Shown: positions 25,234-38,005 of the stretch, in pieces
Position numbering within the stretch: position 1 is the first letter of the stretch
Layout: every line of letters starts with the position of its first letter
NCBI RefSeq assembly: GCF_001194135.2
Contig: NC_068989.1
Span: 45,218,665 to 45,270,605 of the forward strand
Length of the DNA: 51,941 nt
Direction of reading: 5' to 3'
Source: Octopus bimaculoides
Taxonomy: Eukaryota
Notes under the pieces: generated by a model
What the model was told of the DNA's origin: nothing
The model's database searches: none
What the model saw: only the letters and a program-made list of their open reading frames with translations
Program-made: the position numbers and the translations under genes

Positions 25234-25867
25234 CATTATGAACACCAGCATCAATAACAATTAACAAAGCAGCCAGGCAGACAATGGCCGCCTAGAGAAC
25301 GCCCTCCTTGCTTCAGCCGTTCATCGGAATGTCTGACAATCTGAGAGGGATTTACGCTGTTTAATTAGAGTATTTCTGGCGGATATATTTCAGCTAATTC
25401 CTGCTTTTAGGCGAAACATCACGGCTTGAAGAATAACATTTCCGGAACGATAGTAGCGCTCTAGGTTAAGCCATAGTCATAAGCGTCTTGTTAAACGAAG
25501 GATTTCCAGAAGCTTCCTGGGATTTTCATTCATCGTTAGCGGCCGATGAGAATCACGTGAATGTAAAGATTCCTTGTCTGGTCAGGCTTGGTCTGGTCTG
25601 GTCTGGTCTGGTCTTGTCCGGTTTGGCGTGAAGTGGGTAGTAGAGGTTGCGTTGGCATGCGCTGATTGTGTCTCGGCATGGTTAGGTGTGGCTGGATGTG
25701 ACTGGATGTGGTCGGGTGTGGCTGGTGAAAGTACATGTATCCAGAAGGGAATTGGGATGAAGTGTATATTCCCTTTAACTGGACCATCAAATATATCGTT
25801 TTATATGTATCTTTATATTGTGTGAGTGTGAGTGTAAGTGTGTGTTAATGTATATTTGTGTGTGTGT

Positions 25868-25901
<34 letters not shown>

Positions 25902-26442
25902 GGTGTATGCATACATATATACATACACACATACATATACATAGAGACACGCATGCATCAAGCATACATATGCACATACCTCCATACGCATACGCACGCA
26001 CATGTATGTATGCGTGCATATATTTATGTATATGTACACCTAATTATTTATAAACGTCTAATTATTTAAGTGGAAAAATTATCAGATCAAGAAAAGGCAT
26101 TATATATATGTATGTATGTATATATATATGTATNNNNNNNNNNNNNNNNNNNNNNNNNNNNNNNNNNNNNNNNNNNNNNNNNNNNNNNNNNNNNNNNNNN
26201 NNNNNNNNNNNNNNNNNNNNNNNNNNNNNNNNNNNNNNNNNNNNNNNNNNNNNNNNNNNNNNNNNNNNNNNNNNNNNNNNNNNNNNNNNNNNNNNNNNNN
26301 NNNNNNNNNNNNNNNNNNNNNNNNNNNNNNNNNNNNNNNNNNNNNNNNNNNNNNNNNNNNNNNNNNNNNNNNNNNNNNNNNNNNNNNNNNNNNNNNNNNN
26401 NNNNNNNNNNNNNNNNNNNNNNNNNNNNNNNNNNNNNNNNNN

Positions 26443-26490
<48 letters not shown>

Positions 26491-28018
26491 TCTTTTATTC
26501 TTACTTGTTTCAATCATTTGACCACACAAATATACAAACGGGATAAACTTACTCACAGATATATGTGGCTGAATAGTCAGAGGCTGAAAATAATTTGATC
26601 TTCGTTTTTTTTTTTTCAAGCAGGTCTGATCTGGGGATGAACAATAAAAAAACATCATTTGGTATATTTTCTGATTTATTTTGATATATTTTTCTGGGAA
26701 GATACACACGTGCGCACATATACCAATATACGATCTTGAAACAATATTAGGTGGAAATAACGGTGTGTTTAATACTTACAACGTGTCTCAGGCAACTTCA
26801 TTGAAGAACGAAATGGGTCGATGGTCAGACACCAGTTTTTGGAATAGATTTAGTTTCTTCAGTAACGAACACACCAGGCCAATCTGAGCAAGAAGGAGAT
26901 TTAGCTCCAATATAAACATCAGCAAATTAAAACTCTCATTGATTTGTCTGCAAACTAACCAGGCTTCAATTAAATCAGTATACGCATTTGAAACACACCA
27001 GAATGCTTTGCCGATAGTAACACTTCTCCGAATTTTCTACTCTATATTTGATAAAGAATCTTTTCCAACATATAATAATAACATTTAACGATCTATGGCA
27101 AGGAAATACAATGTCATGTCCTTGTCTCTACTTATTGGCATCACCTTACATATTTTCTATTGATGGAATGTTTTTCTATAAAATATTTATATCAAAATAA
27201 AATAAACCAAAAACGTTATGCGTATTGTTATTTCGTTATGCGTATTGTTAAAGTGACCAGCTTTGAGAGTTGGACAGAATGAATCTACACTTTGAGTTAA
27301 AATGAAGCCGAGATCAGCATTGCTTTTCAGTTTTTCAGGATCGATTAAAAAGGTCTAATCCAGTGCAAGACATCGATAAAATTCAGTTAGAACATTGGTT
27401 CACCATCTCATCCATATACCTCTTCAATTATAACCACAACCTGTATTACATGAGGATATAAAATTAGTGTTACATGATATCAAGTATGTTGGTTGTTTGG
27501 CAAAGAAAGATTGGGAAACGCTGAAAGCGAGTCGAGTGAGATGTTTTTCAGTATTAGTTCTGGCTCTTTGTGTACTGATGCCAACTCCTGCGACAACAAT
27601 GGAAGGAAGATGCACTGGTCCAATTCGATGGCTTTACTCTTGAGTAAACATCTGTAGTACGGAGAAGATAGAGTTGAATGTATGTGTACTAGTTAGTCTT
27701 TTCAGGGTTTGCAAATATATGTGTAAGGGCCTGGTCAAGTTTGAACGACAAGCCTCTCTCTCTCTCTCTCTCTCTCTATCTCACACACATATACACATAT
27801 ACACACACGCACACACACACACACACACACGTATACACACAACACCCACGGACACACAACACACACGGACACATACACACACACACACACACANNNNNNN
27901 NNNCACACAACACACACGGACACATACACACACACACACACACACACAATACACACACACGGACACTCAAACACACACAACACACAAACACAGACTCTCA
28001 CATACATACATTCACATT

Positions 28019-28054
<36 letters not shown>

Positions 28055-28616
28055 ACATAGACAAATACCACATAACATAAATTATCGATTTATTAAAACT
28101 ATCTCCACCCACAACTCATAACAGCTCCCAATGAGAAAGAGAGCTCATCTCAAGAATCAAAAATTTTCCAGAGTTGATATGCCTTTCAAGAAAAGAACTA
28201 TATCATATATTATATATACTTCTCCAGTGAAGAATTACCCAACGAATAGTATAGATATTGGGAAAAATTTCAAGGAAATTCTCTGCATGACTAACACGTA
28301 GTTGTGCGGTGTTTTCGTGCGGTGAGCTGAAAGAATTTGTAATAATTTTGAAATGACATTAGTTATGAGAACAAAAACCGTTCGGGTTAACTACAACCCC
28401 TATCAAGAAAAGTAAGGGAAAGAACTTAGAAAGAACTTATGAATTTCACCAAGTTCAGTATGAGAGCGCGAAATTCGACATGTGACAGCACTCCAATATA
28501 TCACTGTTTGAAAAAAATATATATTAGAGACAGAGGCAGTATCAATGCTAAGAGGTAATATTCATCTCCACTTAAAGTGTATGTTCTGTTAGAATGGCGC
28601 AAAATGCACTCTAGTT

Positions 28617-28760
28617 TATATCACTAGCAGGGAGATAAATCCCCGTCATCTCCAACTCTGAGATGACCAGAGCACGTGATTTCAACTTTCCTTAGTTTCC
28701 TCAATGACGGACGCTCGACCGCTAGAGATAGCAGCAACTCATCTCCCTGCCAGTGATATA
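28617..28760. mobile_element. 144-bp MITE with 20-bp TIRs and TA termini (Tc1/mariner-type TSD)
   Basis: tatatcactagcagggagat (28617-28636) matches the reverse complement of atctccctgccagtgatata (28741-28760) at 19 of 20 positions. Confidence 0.7.
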
Positions 28761-29049
28761 CAGAAAAAACAGTGCCAAAACAAGCGCTGGTGTCGCGATT
28801 ATCAAGTGAGCTACTTAAAAAATGAATATTAGCGACAGAGGCAGTATAAATATCGAGATGTAATATTTATCCCTACTTAAACGTAGAAGTACTGTTAGAA
28901 CAAAATATACTGCGGTAGATACCATGAAAAAAATTCTCATATTGACTTTTGGTGCAAAAATACGCTCTTAATCATATTGCTAGCGGGGAGGTAAAATGCC
29001 TGCCATTTCCAACGATGAGACCACCAGATCACATAATTTCTACCTTCTT

Positions 29050-29250
29050 GGAAGAATCATCAGCACACCGGGAAAAATGCTTAGTGGCATTTGGTCCATC
29101 TTTACGCTCTAGGTTCAAATACTGCCAGGGTCGACTTTGCTTTCATTTTTTTCGGAATCAATAAAATAAGTACCAGTTGAACACTGAGGTCGGTTACATC
29201 GGTTTAGCCACTCCCACTAAATTTTGGCCTTGTGCCAAAACTCGAAATCA
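29050..29250 (+). mobile_element. SINE family A, diverged
   Basis: gcacaccgggaaaaatgcttagtggcattt...gtcgactttgctttcat...ataaaataagtaccag...ggccttgtgccaaaactcgaaa. Confidence 0.75.
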
Positions 29251-29494
29251 ATATATAATTGTTACGTCATTTAATCAAAAAGAATGAATGGGAAAGTCAA
29301 GCGTCGGTAGTCTTTGAACCTAGAATACTAAATTTGCTGCCATAAATTGTTGCAATGATGTTGCATTGTCATGACATTCTCCTATTACCCCCTTAAGTTC
29401 AGCAATATACATACGCTATTAATTAACTGACATGTCTGTATCCTTTTAGGTATCAAAATATCAATATCAACCACAACAACAACAACAACACCAA

Positions 29495-29502
29495 GAATAA
29501 TG

Positions 29503-29565
<63 letters not shown>

Positions 29566-29566
29566 G
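29495..29566. repeat. (TAA)n microsatellite
   Basis: Directly visible. Confidence 0.95.
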
Positions 29567-31063
29567 TTCCATGTGTCATTATTTCATTAAAGTTAAAGAA
29601 AAATAAAATCAAAAGCAAACTTAATCCACTCTTTGAGTCGAGCTTACCTCCTCTTCATACATGACCAATATCGCCACCACCGACACCTCACGATTGTATC
29701 AACCTACTCTACACTCCTTACTAGCCGCCTTGAAGGGAAATTAATGGATTTTATGCGCCCGTCAGTGAATCAGAGCTAATATAATAATGTGCGTGCTTTA
29801 ATATCTTCCTGAGTCAAAAGTGACCAGACGAGCTCCGTAAATACACATTAGTAACGATCGGTATGCATATAATCTTACAATATCTATTCATGAACTTATA
29901 TGCTTAATTATCTGATTATTCCAATGAAATTAATCGAGATAATTTAACCCACGAGATTTACAAATTGTTCTCTGATTTGTTATTCAGATTTTTCGCTTCC
30001 TAATTGCCTGTACCACACACCAATCCGTCCCACCTCTTTGAAGCGTTTTTGTTTAATTAGGGGACTTTAAATGAAATGAAACTTTAGCAATTTTCCGATG
30101 GGTGGAACCAGGGAAGGTGTGAAGGCTTAGCAGTGTCTTAAAATGCGGTTTGTGTTGTGTGGTGAGGTGTGCTGTGACTTAGGTTGGAATAATTAGCATA
30201 ATTAGAATAGATATTTTATGACTGTAATGGTTTTGGTAAGTTTTGGAAAATTTTAACAATAAAATATCGTTCTTTGTTTCATTGAGCTGACACGAATTCT
30301 TGCTATTTATCAAACTGTACACAAATGCAAATACATTCGCTTACAAGCTCTCTCTCTCTCTCTCTCACTCTCATTTTCACACACACATGCACATGCATAC
30401 ACACACACATATGTATACACACGCGGACACACACACGCACGCACACACTCATTCATGCACACGCTCCTTCACTCATTCATACACACACACACACCACACA
30501 CGGACGAACACACACACAAGACACACGGACGAACACACACACTCACACACACAGACACATACACACACACACACTATCCATTAATATACTTGCATGTATA
30601 AATTTATTCATATCGGTATTTGTCTGTTTGCATGTGTTTGTGTAGAAGGCGCCATCTGGCTGTGGAATCTCTGCCTTGTACTTGTTTACATTTTCCATTT
30701 GGAAACGTTTAACTTAAATCATTTTGACTTTCATTCCAAGTGGCAAGGCATGGCATCAGGAGTCCTCGTTTATTTTAATCAATAAAAACAATCAAATAAC
30801 AAAACAAAATAAATCAAGAGAGCAATCATACACGAAAACTATCATAATATATACTGCCCTTCGTTTCGTAGAGGGCAGCAGCTACAAATATATTTACTTT
30901 CAAATTCATTCAATGCTTAAATGAACTAGAAAAGTCTACCCCTTCAGATTTCTTTGGATATTTTTCTGGTCGTTATCTGAAACCGTATTTCCTGCAACAA
31001 GAGAAAGAAGAGAGAACATTTTAACGTTTAAAGTTATATTCTATTTATGTTACATAAACATAT

Positions 31064-31321
31064 AGGCGCAGGAGTGGCTGTGTGGTAAGTAGCTTGCTTA
31101 CCAACCACATGGTTCTGGGTTGAGTCCCACTGCGTGGCACCTTGGGCAAGTATCTTCTACTATAGCCTCGGGCCGACCAAAGCCTTATGAGTGGATTTGG
31201 TAGACAGAAACTGAAAGAAGCCCGTCGTATATATGTATTTATATATATGTGTCTGTGTTTGTCCCCCCAACATCGCTTGACAACGGTTGGTGGTGGGTTT
31301 ACGTCTCCGTAATCTAGCGGT
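31064..31321 (+). mobile_element. SINE family B, 3' end lost in gap
   Basis: ggcgcaggagtggctgtgtgg head, short internal TA tract, and 3' module up to N31322. Confidence 0.9.
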
Positions 31322-31751
31322 NNNNNNNNNNNNNNNNNNNNNNNNNNNNNNNNNNNNNNNNNNNNNNNNNNNNNNNNNNNNNNNNNNNNNNNNNNNNNNN
31401 NNNNNNNNNNNNNNNNNNNNNNNNNNNNNNNNNNNNNNNNNNNNNNNNNNNNNNNNNNNNNNNNNNNNNNNNNNNNNNNNNNNNNNNNNNNNNNNNNNNN
31501 NNNNNNNNNNNNNNNNNNNNNNNNNNNNNNNNNNNNNNNNNNNNNNNNNNNNNNNNNNNNNNNNNNNNNNNNNNNNNNNNNNNNNNNNNNNNNNNNNNNN
31601 NNNNNNNNNNNNNNNNNNNNNNNNNNNNNNNNNTATTAACATCTATAACTGTCTTTATTTGTTTTAATTAATCAAGTATTTTTCTTTTCTAGGGCTAAAT
31701 TTCCCCTGAAAAATTTAAGAAGACAATAATTATGAATATTTGTAAAATTCA

Positions 31752-31937
31752 GGGCAGCGAGCTGGTAGGATCGTAGCATGCCGGGTAAAATGCCACGCGG
31801 CATTTCGTCCGTCTCAGTTCAAATTCCGCCGAGTTCGAATCTGCTTTTCATCATTTCAGAGTAGAATGACATAAGTATCAGTCATCGACTTATCTCCTGT
31901 CCCAAACTTACAGGCCTTGAGCCAAAATTTGAAACCG
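31752..31937 (+). mobile_element. SINE family A, diverged
   Basis: ggcagcgagctggtaggatcgtagcatgccggg...ctcagttcaaattccgccgag...ggccttgagccaaaatttgaaacc. Confidence 0.75.
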
Positions 31938-32145
31938 ATGTTTATAAAAGCCAAATGACTGTAGAATGTCAAACACGCGGAAGTAGAATAGTAATGACTT
32001 TTATTTGTATTTACAATTCGAAGGCTGAAATAATCCGTTGTACATAAAGGAATATCAGTTATATACAAAGGTAATTCCATTGATTATATCCTTCATTATT
32101 AGAATACTAAGACAACATCCCAAACAGTCTTCTTAACTTTCTCAG

Positions 32146-32305
32146 TTGCTGTGTGGTAAGTAGCTCGCTTACCAACCACATAGTTCCGGGTTCAGTTCCA
32201 CTGCGTGGCACTTTGGGCACGTGTCTTCTACTATAGCCTCAGGCCAACCAAAGCCTTGTGAATGGATTTGGTAGACAGAAACTGAAAGAAGCTCGTCGTA
32301 TATAT

Positions 32306-32355
<50 letters not shown>

Positions 32356-32617
32356 GTATATGTATATATGTGTGCGTGTTTGTGTGTCTGTGTTTGTCCC
32401 CCCCCCCNNNNNNNNNNNNNNNNNNNNNNNNNNNNNNNNNTAACACCCGATGCTGGTGTGTTTACGTCCCCATAACTTAGCGGTTCGGCAAAAGATACCG
32501 ATAGAATAAGTACTAGGCTTCCAAAGAATAAGTTCTGGGGTCGATTTGCTCTACTAAAGGCAGTGCTCCAGCATGGCCGCAGTCAAATGACTGAAACAAG
32601 TAAAAGAGCAAAAGAGT
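32146..32617 (+). mobile_element. SINE family B, near full length
   Basis: gctgtgtggtaagtagctcgcttacc head, internal (CA)n(TA)n, 3' module, and gtaaaagagcaaaagagta tail. Confidence 0.9.
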
Positions 32618-32625
32618 ATATATAT

Positions 32626-32667
<42 letters not shown>

Positions 32668-33301
32668 TTCATTCAGATTCGTTGATACTCGCGAGTTTCA
32701 AGCGTGATGCTAGTCGTCAGCCATTTCGAATTTGAGTGACAGAAGTGGGTTATTTTTTCCCGTAAGGTGGGCAGCGATTGGTCAAGGAAGGTCACGATGT
32801 GTCGTGGTTTGATGTTGGTATATTGGTAACAGGTAGATGGAAAATACCGCACGGCGTACAGGAAATTGACACTGTGAAAGACGAGAAATAGACCACGTTA
32901 CGATTAGAAGTCGGTTAGGTTTTTTTTCGTGGGATGAAGTAGGAAGGGGCGGCAGGCTGAAGTATATAGTTCTATATGCGGGTGTGTAGACGCGCTCATA
33001 TGGTTTTGCGTGCATGTGTATATTGATGCAAGTGTGCGCATCTGTACATGGGCGCTCACGCGCACGTCTGCACACTCACACAAACACGTACTCACACGCG
33101 TGCACATGCACACACATACACATGCATACACACACATGCACACGCATACAAGCATACACACACATGCATATTCATTCATATGTAAATATGCATATTCGCA
33201 TGCCTTTACGCATGCATACTAGTGGGCGTGCACACACACACATACGCGTGCACATGTGGATTTTCACGCGGGCGGGCGCGAGTATACACGCGCAGAACAA
33301 T

Positions 33302-33386
33302 CGTTGGGGATTGGCAAGCGTTGGGATTTGGTAAGCGCTGGAGATTGGTATGCGTTTGGGGTTGGTAAACGTTGGGGATAGGTAAA
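33302..33386. repeat. Five-unit 17-bp tandem repeat (consensus cgttggggattggtaag)
   Basis: Units start at 33302, 33319, 33336, 33353 and 33370. Confidence 0.85.
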
Positions 33387-34351
33387 TGGCGGTCCTGCTC
33401 ATGGGGTTGGTTGGTAGCTGTGATTGTGGTTAGGCGGTGCAGAGTAGCAGCTGGTGTTAAGGTGGTATATCCGGTTTGTCGGCAGTGAGAGGCTTGAAAT
33501 TTGCCAGAAGGGCACATCTCTGTGCCGTTTTGCTTGCTCTTGTCATTAATTCTCCGCAGGAAAGCCATTTTTTTGTGGGTACCGCCAATTGGGAAGCATT
33601 CATACATATACATACATACATACATACATACATTACATGCATATATACACACACACATAATACTTATATAAGTTAATTAGAGGATACGTCAACCTCTCAA
33701 AGGGATGATTACATCCAAGGAAACGCTGGTTCTATACCTTGTCTTTGGGAAATAAAATTTTTCTAAATCAGCAGGTATATATTACGTATATAATCCGTAT
33801 TGAATTAAAAGAAGAAAATGGAGAGTTAGTGGTTAATATTTTTGTATTAATAAATTGATAATCGTTTCTTCATACAGCTGTTTCCATTTCTACTCATTAA
33901 ATAAATTACAAATTGAAGCATTAAATTTGCATCTATAAGTTATGAGCAAAATATCATCATGGAAAAGTTAGACATTATAAAATTACATGTTGATCTATCT
34001 GTCCATTCCAATAGACTAAATATATGGAATTGTTTTATTTCTTTAAGATGAGGAAACATATCCGTCCAATGTAAATAATGTTTAGGAGTTATTTCTGGCA
34101 TATGTAGTCAATACGTGGCAATCTCCTTTTTGTTTCGAATCTCGCATGGATTAAAAAAAAAATTTTTTTTTTCGGAAGATACACACATAATGTGATTCTA
34201 CAGTTTGCATTTTAGACATTGGAGATCCAAATGTCAAAATGTGTTAATGGGTAAAAGTGTGTGTGTTAATCATGGAGATCATCCGCTTTGACATACGATT
34301 CAGATATGTTTGTATTTAGAAGTTATCCTGTATAGAAGTATTATTCTAAAT

Positions 34352-35235
34352 AACTCCAGCTAAGTCACAAGTATTTATTCAGAATCAACTTTTATTTCTT
34401 GTCTTACAAGCGTTCACTGTAACCACCACCTGCAGCACGGGCAACATCAGTGCGATAAGAGAATTCCTCCCAGACGCGTATCTGCTTGGTGTTCGAGATC
34501 CCCAGACCTCACCGTGTGTACATTTTTTCTTTGTTGGGATATGTAAAAATTGTGTTTATGTTCCACCGCTACCCACTAACCTCGATGACCTTAAACATCG
34601 AATAACAATAGCGATCGGAGGCGCAATGGCCCAGTGGTTAGGGCAGCGTACTCGCAGTTTTAGGATCGCGGTTTCGATTCCCAGACCGGGCGTTGTGAGT
34701 GTTAATTGAGCGAAAACACCTAAAGCTCCAGGAGGCTCCGGCAGAGGGTAGTGGCGAACCCTGCTGTACTCTTTCACCACAACCTTCTCTCACTCTCTCT
34801 TCCTGTTTCTGTTGCACCTGTATCTCAAAGGGCCAGCCTTGTCACACTCTGTGTCACGCTGAATCTCCCCAGAGAATTACGTTAAGAGTACACGTGTCTG
34901 TGGAGTGCTCAGCCACTTGCACGTTAATTTCACGAGCAGGCTGTTCCGTTGATCGGATCAACTGGAATCCTCGTCGTCGTAACCGACGGAGTGCCAACAC
35001 AACAATAGCGATCAACACAGTGAATCGTGATATGCTGATTCGCGTCTGGGAGGAATTCTCTTATCGCATTGATGTTGCCCGTGCTGCGGGTGGTGGCCAC
35101 ATTGAACACTTGTAAGACAGGAAATAAAAGTTGATTCTGAGTAAATACTTGTGACTTAGCTGGAGTTTCTTATTGCTTTTTCCTATTAAAGTATTGCATA
35201 ATGAAATCAGTTCATTCTTTTTGAACAAACCTGTA
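34352..35235 (+). mobile_element. Non-autonomous Tc1/mariner derivative (rosa/DD41D-like C-terminus) with ~127-bp inverted arms, carrying a SINE insertion
   Basis: With the SINE removed it reads PDLTVC.FF..GYVKNCVYVPPLPTNLDDLKHRITIAINTVNRDMLIRVWEEFSYRIDVARAAGGGHIEHL* (one frameshift near the start). 34352-34478 is the reverse complement of 35041-35167. Confidence 0.85.
34617..35000 (+). mobile_element. SINE family C, full length with 13-bp TSD
   Basis: TSD aacaatagcgatc at 34604-34616 and 35001-35013. Confidence 0.95.
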
Positions 35236-35857
35236 CATTCAGAATAGACGTGCCTCGTCAGTATTTTGGTGGATGTAAAGACAATAAGGCATACTTATCA
35301 AGCATGCACTCCATAATATCTGAGTTTATGTCTGTATATAGAAATATGAGTATGTGTAAATATGTCTGTGTGTAGGTATTTATATAGATAAGTGTATGTC
35401 TACGTGTGACTGAGTGAGTAAGTTTGTAGATGTGTGTGTGCGTGCGTGCGTGTGTGTGTATGTGTGTATATGTGTGTGTGTGTGTGCGTGTGTGATGTGC
35501 GCATGCGTAGGTTTGTGTGTTCAGGCGTGAATGATGAATCGCGTCAGATGTATAAAGTGAAATAGTTTACATTTAGCATTTAGGAAAAGAACGATAAAAG
35601 TCTAATTACATAATTGAATGAGAAAAAAATCAATAAATAACTGGCGTTTTTAAATATAATTACCGAAAGACTTCTTGGCCTTTTGTAGTTAGGATGGAGT
35701 CGTAGAGTTATGAGCAAATATCACAAGAAATAACTTGAAGATGACATCGTGTCGTGACACTGAGCAATACTTGTGGAGAGATTTAAGATTTTAATTAACT
35801 TTGTGACGTTTAGAAACTTAGTCAACTAACGATATTTTATTATTGTTCTGTTACATA

Positions 35858-36020
35858 AGGCGGTGAGCTGGTACAATGGTTAGAGCGTCGAGATCATGCT
35901 ATGCTATATTTGCTCAGGCATTTTACGTTATCATTTCAAATCAGCATTGCTTTTTATCCTTTCGGGATTGATAAAATAAAGTACCAGTCAGGTACGGAGG
36001 TTAGTAAAATTAATAACACC
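35858..36020 (+). mobile_element. SINE family A, diverged
   Basis: ggcggtgagctggtacaatggttagagc...atcctttcgggattgataaaataaagtaccag. Confidence 0.7.
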
Positions 36021-37111
36021 CTCAGCTCTAAAATATTTGCTGTTTCACGAAATCAGAAGCAAAACAGCGATCAATAGCAGACTCTTTAGATCTAATTACA
36101 TCTCTTTAAAATCTGAGTTCAAATCCCACAGTATTCCACTTAAGATTTCATCAAACTGATGTGTGATTTAATAAATTAGTTCTTTCTTTATTTAATCGGT
36201 TGCAAAGGAGGATGCCACCATAAACTTCGCAAACAATCCGAGACCCGTGGCATCGATGCGTCTACTGTTACTGTTAGGCATTTGGTGTCCATGGCTTCGG
36301 GAAAATATTTTGAGCAAGGAGGGAATTCCAAAGCTTAGACATTCAGGGAATAGAGGTTTGTGAGGATCGTAAGAGTGGAACACAATATAAAAGACAAGAA
36401 TGCCAGAATCGGTTATGACCAGGCGTGCCGGAATGAAGATGATACGAGAATAGTCAGTTTCGCGGAGTAGAGGCCATAGGAATAATGGCAGAAAAGCCAG
36501 AAAGAGAAAGTAGCATATCTGTGATTCAGAAGCCAAAACTTGTCTGCGAGGGAATTTATGGCAATCACTCAAGGTGGTGGTGGTGGTGGTGTCGGTCGGG
36601 AGTCGCTTTTTCTAGATGTGGTTTATGATGGATCTGTAGCGAGGTATTTAAAAAAAATATTTTTTGATTAATAAGATCAAAAATACAAAGGCGCAATTAT
36701 GCATACATACTTATATGTGTATGTACACACACACACACACACACACATCGTATATACCAAGGAACTTGAGAATTAACTAAGAGTGGCCGGTAGCATGAAT
36801 TTGGAAATATAGATGAAGAAAAGTTTATTAAATCGCAAGATAAATTCTTGATTCGTTGAAATTGTCTTCGCTCTGAGAGAAAGTAAACAGGCATCAAGTA
36901 ACAATTGCAACCGACTTCGAATGGAAAGAAGAGAAAATCTCAAGAATCACGTATTTCATAGTTTCGTCATGCCATTAAAGAAAAGATAGACATTCTTTTT
37001 TTTTCTGGGGACAAGAATATAGCTGCGGCTACTTGTATATGCTTAAATAGGTGTCAACAACACAGCGTTTCTACTATCTTGACTCCAGCAAGCATAATAT
37101 TTAGACATATG

Positions 37112-37312
37112 AAGGCTGTGAGCTGGCAAAATCTTTATCACGTGCGGTATTTCGTCTGTCCTTACGTTCCGAGTTCAAATTCCACCGAGGTCGACTTTAC
37201 CCTTCATCCCTTCGGTGTAGATAAAATAAGCGCCAGTTGAGTGTTGGGGTGGGTCGATGTAATCGCCTTATCCCCTACCCCGAAATTGCTGGTCTTGTGG
37301 CAAAATTTAAAA
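37112..37312 (+). mobile_element. SINE family A
   Basis: ggctgtgagctggcaaaatc...gagttcaaattccaccgaggtcgactttacccttcatcccttcggtgtagataaaataag...ggtcttgtggcaaaattt. Confidence 0.8.
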
Positions 37313-37344
37313 TCAGTATTTAAACATATATCAAAACAGCGTGA

Positions 37345-37560
37345 AGGCACGTGGCCTAGTGGTTAGACGTGTTGCACTCAAAAACATGTGATTGTGGGTT
37401 CAATTCTCAGACCGGCTGCGCGTTGTGTTCTTGAGCAAAACACTTCATTTCACGCACCTCCAGTCCGCTCAGCTGTAAATGGGGAACCCCGCAACAGAAT
37501 ACCCTTCCGATCAGGGGGAATGTTGGCTTGCTCGCCTAACCAGCGGGCAGGTACCATTCG
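37345..37560 (+). mobile_element. tRNA-derived SINE, family D (V-/CORE-like central block)
   Basis: A box tggcctagtgg, B box gggttcaattctc, then ttgtgttcttgagcaaaacacttcatttcacgcacctccagtccgctcagctgtaaatggg. Homologous to 3500-3700. Confidence 0.65.
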
Positions 37561-38005
37561 AGAGCTAAAACAATGCAAAGCGCATTGTAACCAGCGATGT
37601 TTAACATCAGATAGTCAGGTCGATCATGCGATATTAAAACAGTGTAGAACATTTATGTCCCAGAGTAAATTGCACAAATAAGTGACCAGAGATAGGAATT
37701 TACACAGTATATGAAAGTTAGCAATGTGTATTTATTGGCTGTTACGGTGGTCTGATAAAGTGGAAATAGGAAAGCGTCAAATGACAGAGAGTAATACATT
37801 TACATGTATTAATCGTCTCACTTATGAGCTGCTTTTTTTTTTAACATCGTGTTAACTGGCAAGTAGGAAATGAATGAGAGAATTAAAACGAAAATGTTGG
37901 GTTAGAGTTAGAGTTAGAGTTATTTAATTTATTTAAAAATAAATAGAATACAGAAACAATCATAATAAACTACGTGCATGATAATTCCCGGATATGGTGT
38001 GACGC

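Noticed and set aside
27552-27620. ISSGSLCTDANSCDNNG after tttttcag, EGF-like look; another frame looks like a signal peptide
   Set aside because: The cysteine pattern does not continue and there is no convincing donor site.
33206-33658. 150-aa - strand ORF containing MAFLRRINDKSKQNG...
   Set aside because: It begins and ends in microsatellite-like DNA, crosses the 17-bp array, and has no splice donor or recognisable domain.
34302-34345. 11-nt match to the 5' end of miR-190 as recalled (agatatgtttg)
   Set aside because: The match stops after 11 nt and there is no pre-miRNA-length hairpin.
36192-36572. 126-aa - strand ORF
   Set aside because: No recognisable family. The + strand has a faint 'KNARIG...RNEDDTRIVSFAE' similarity to LINE endonuclease, too weak to call either way.
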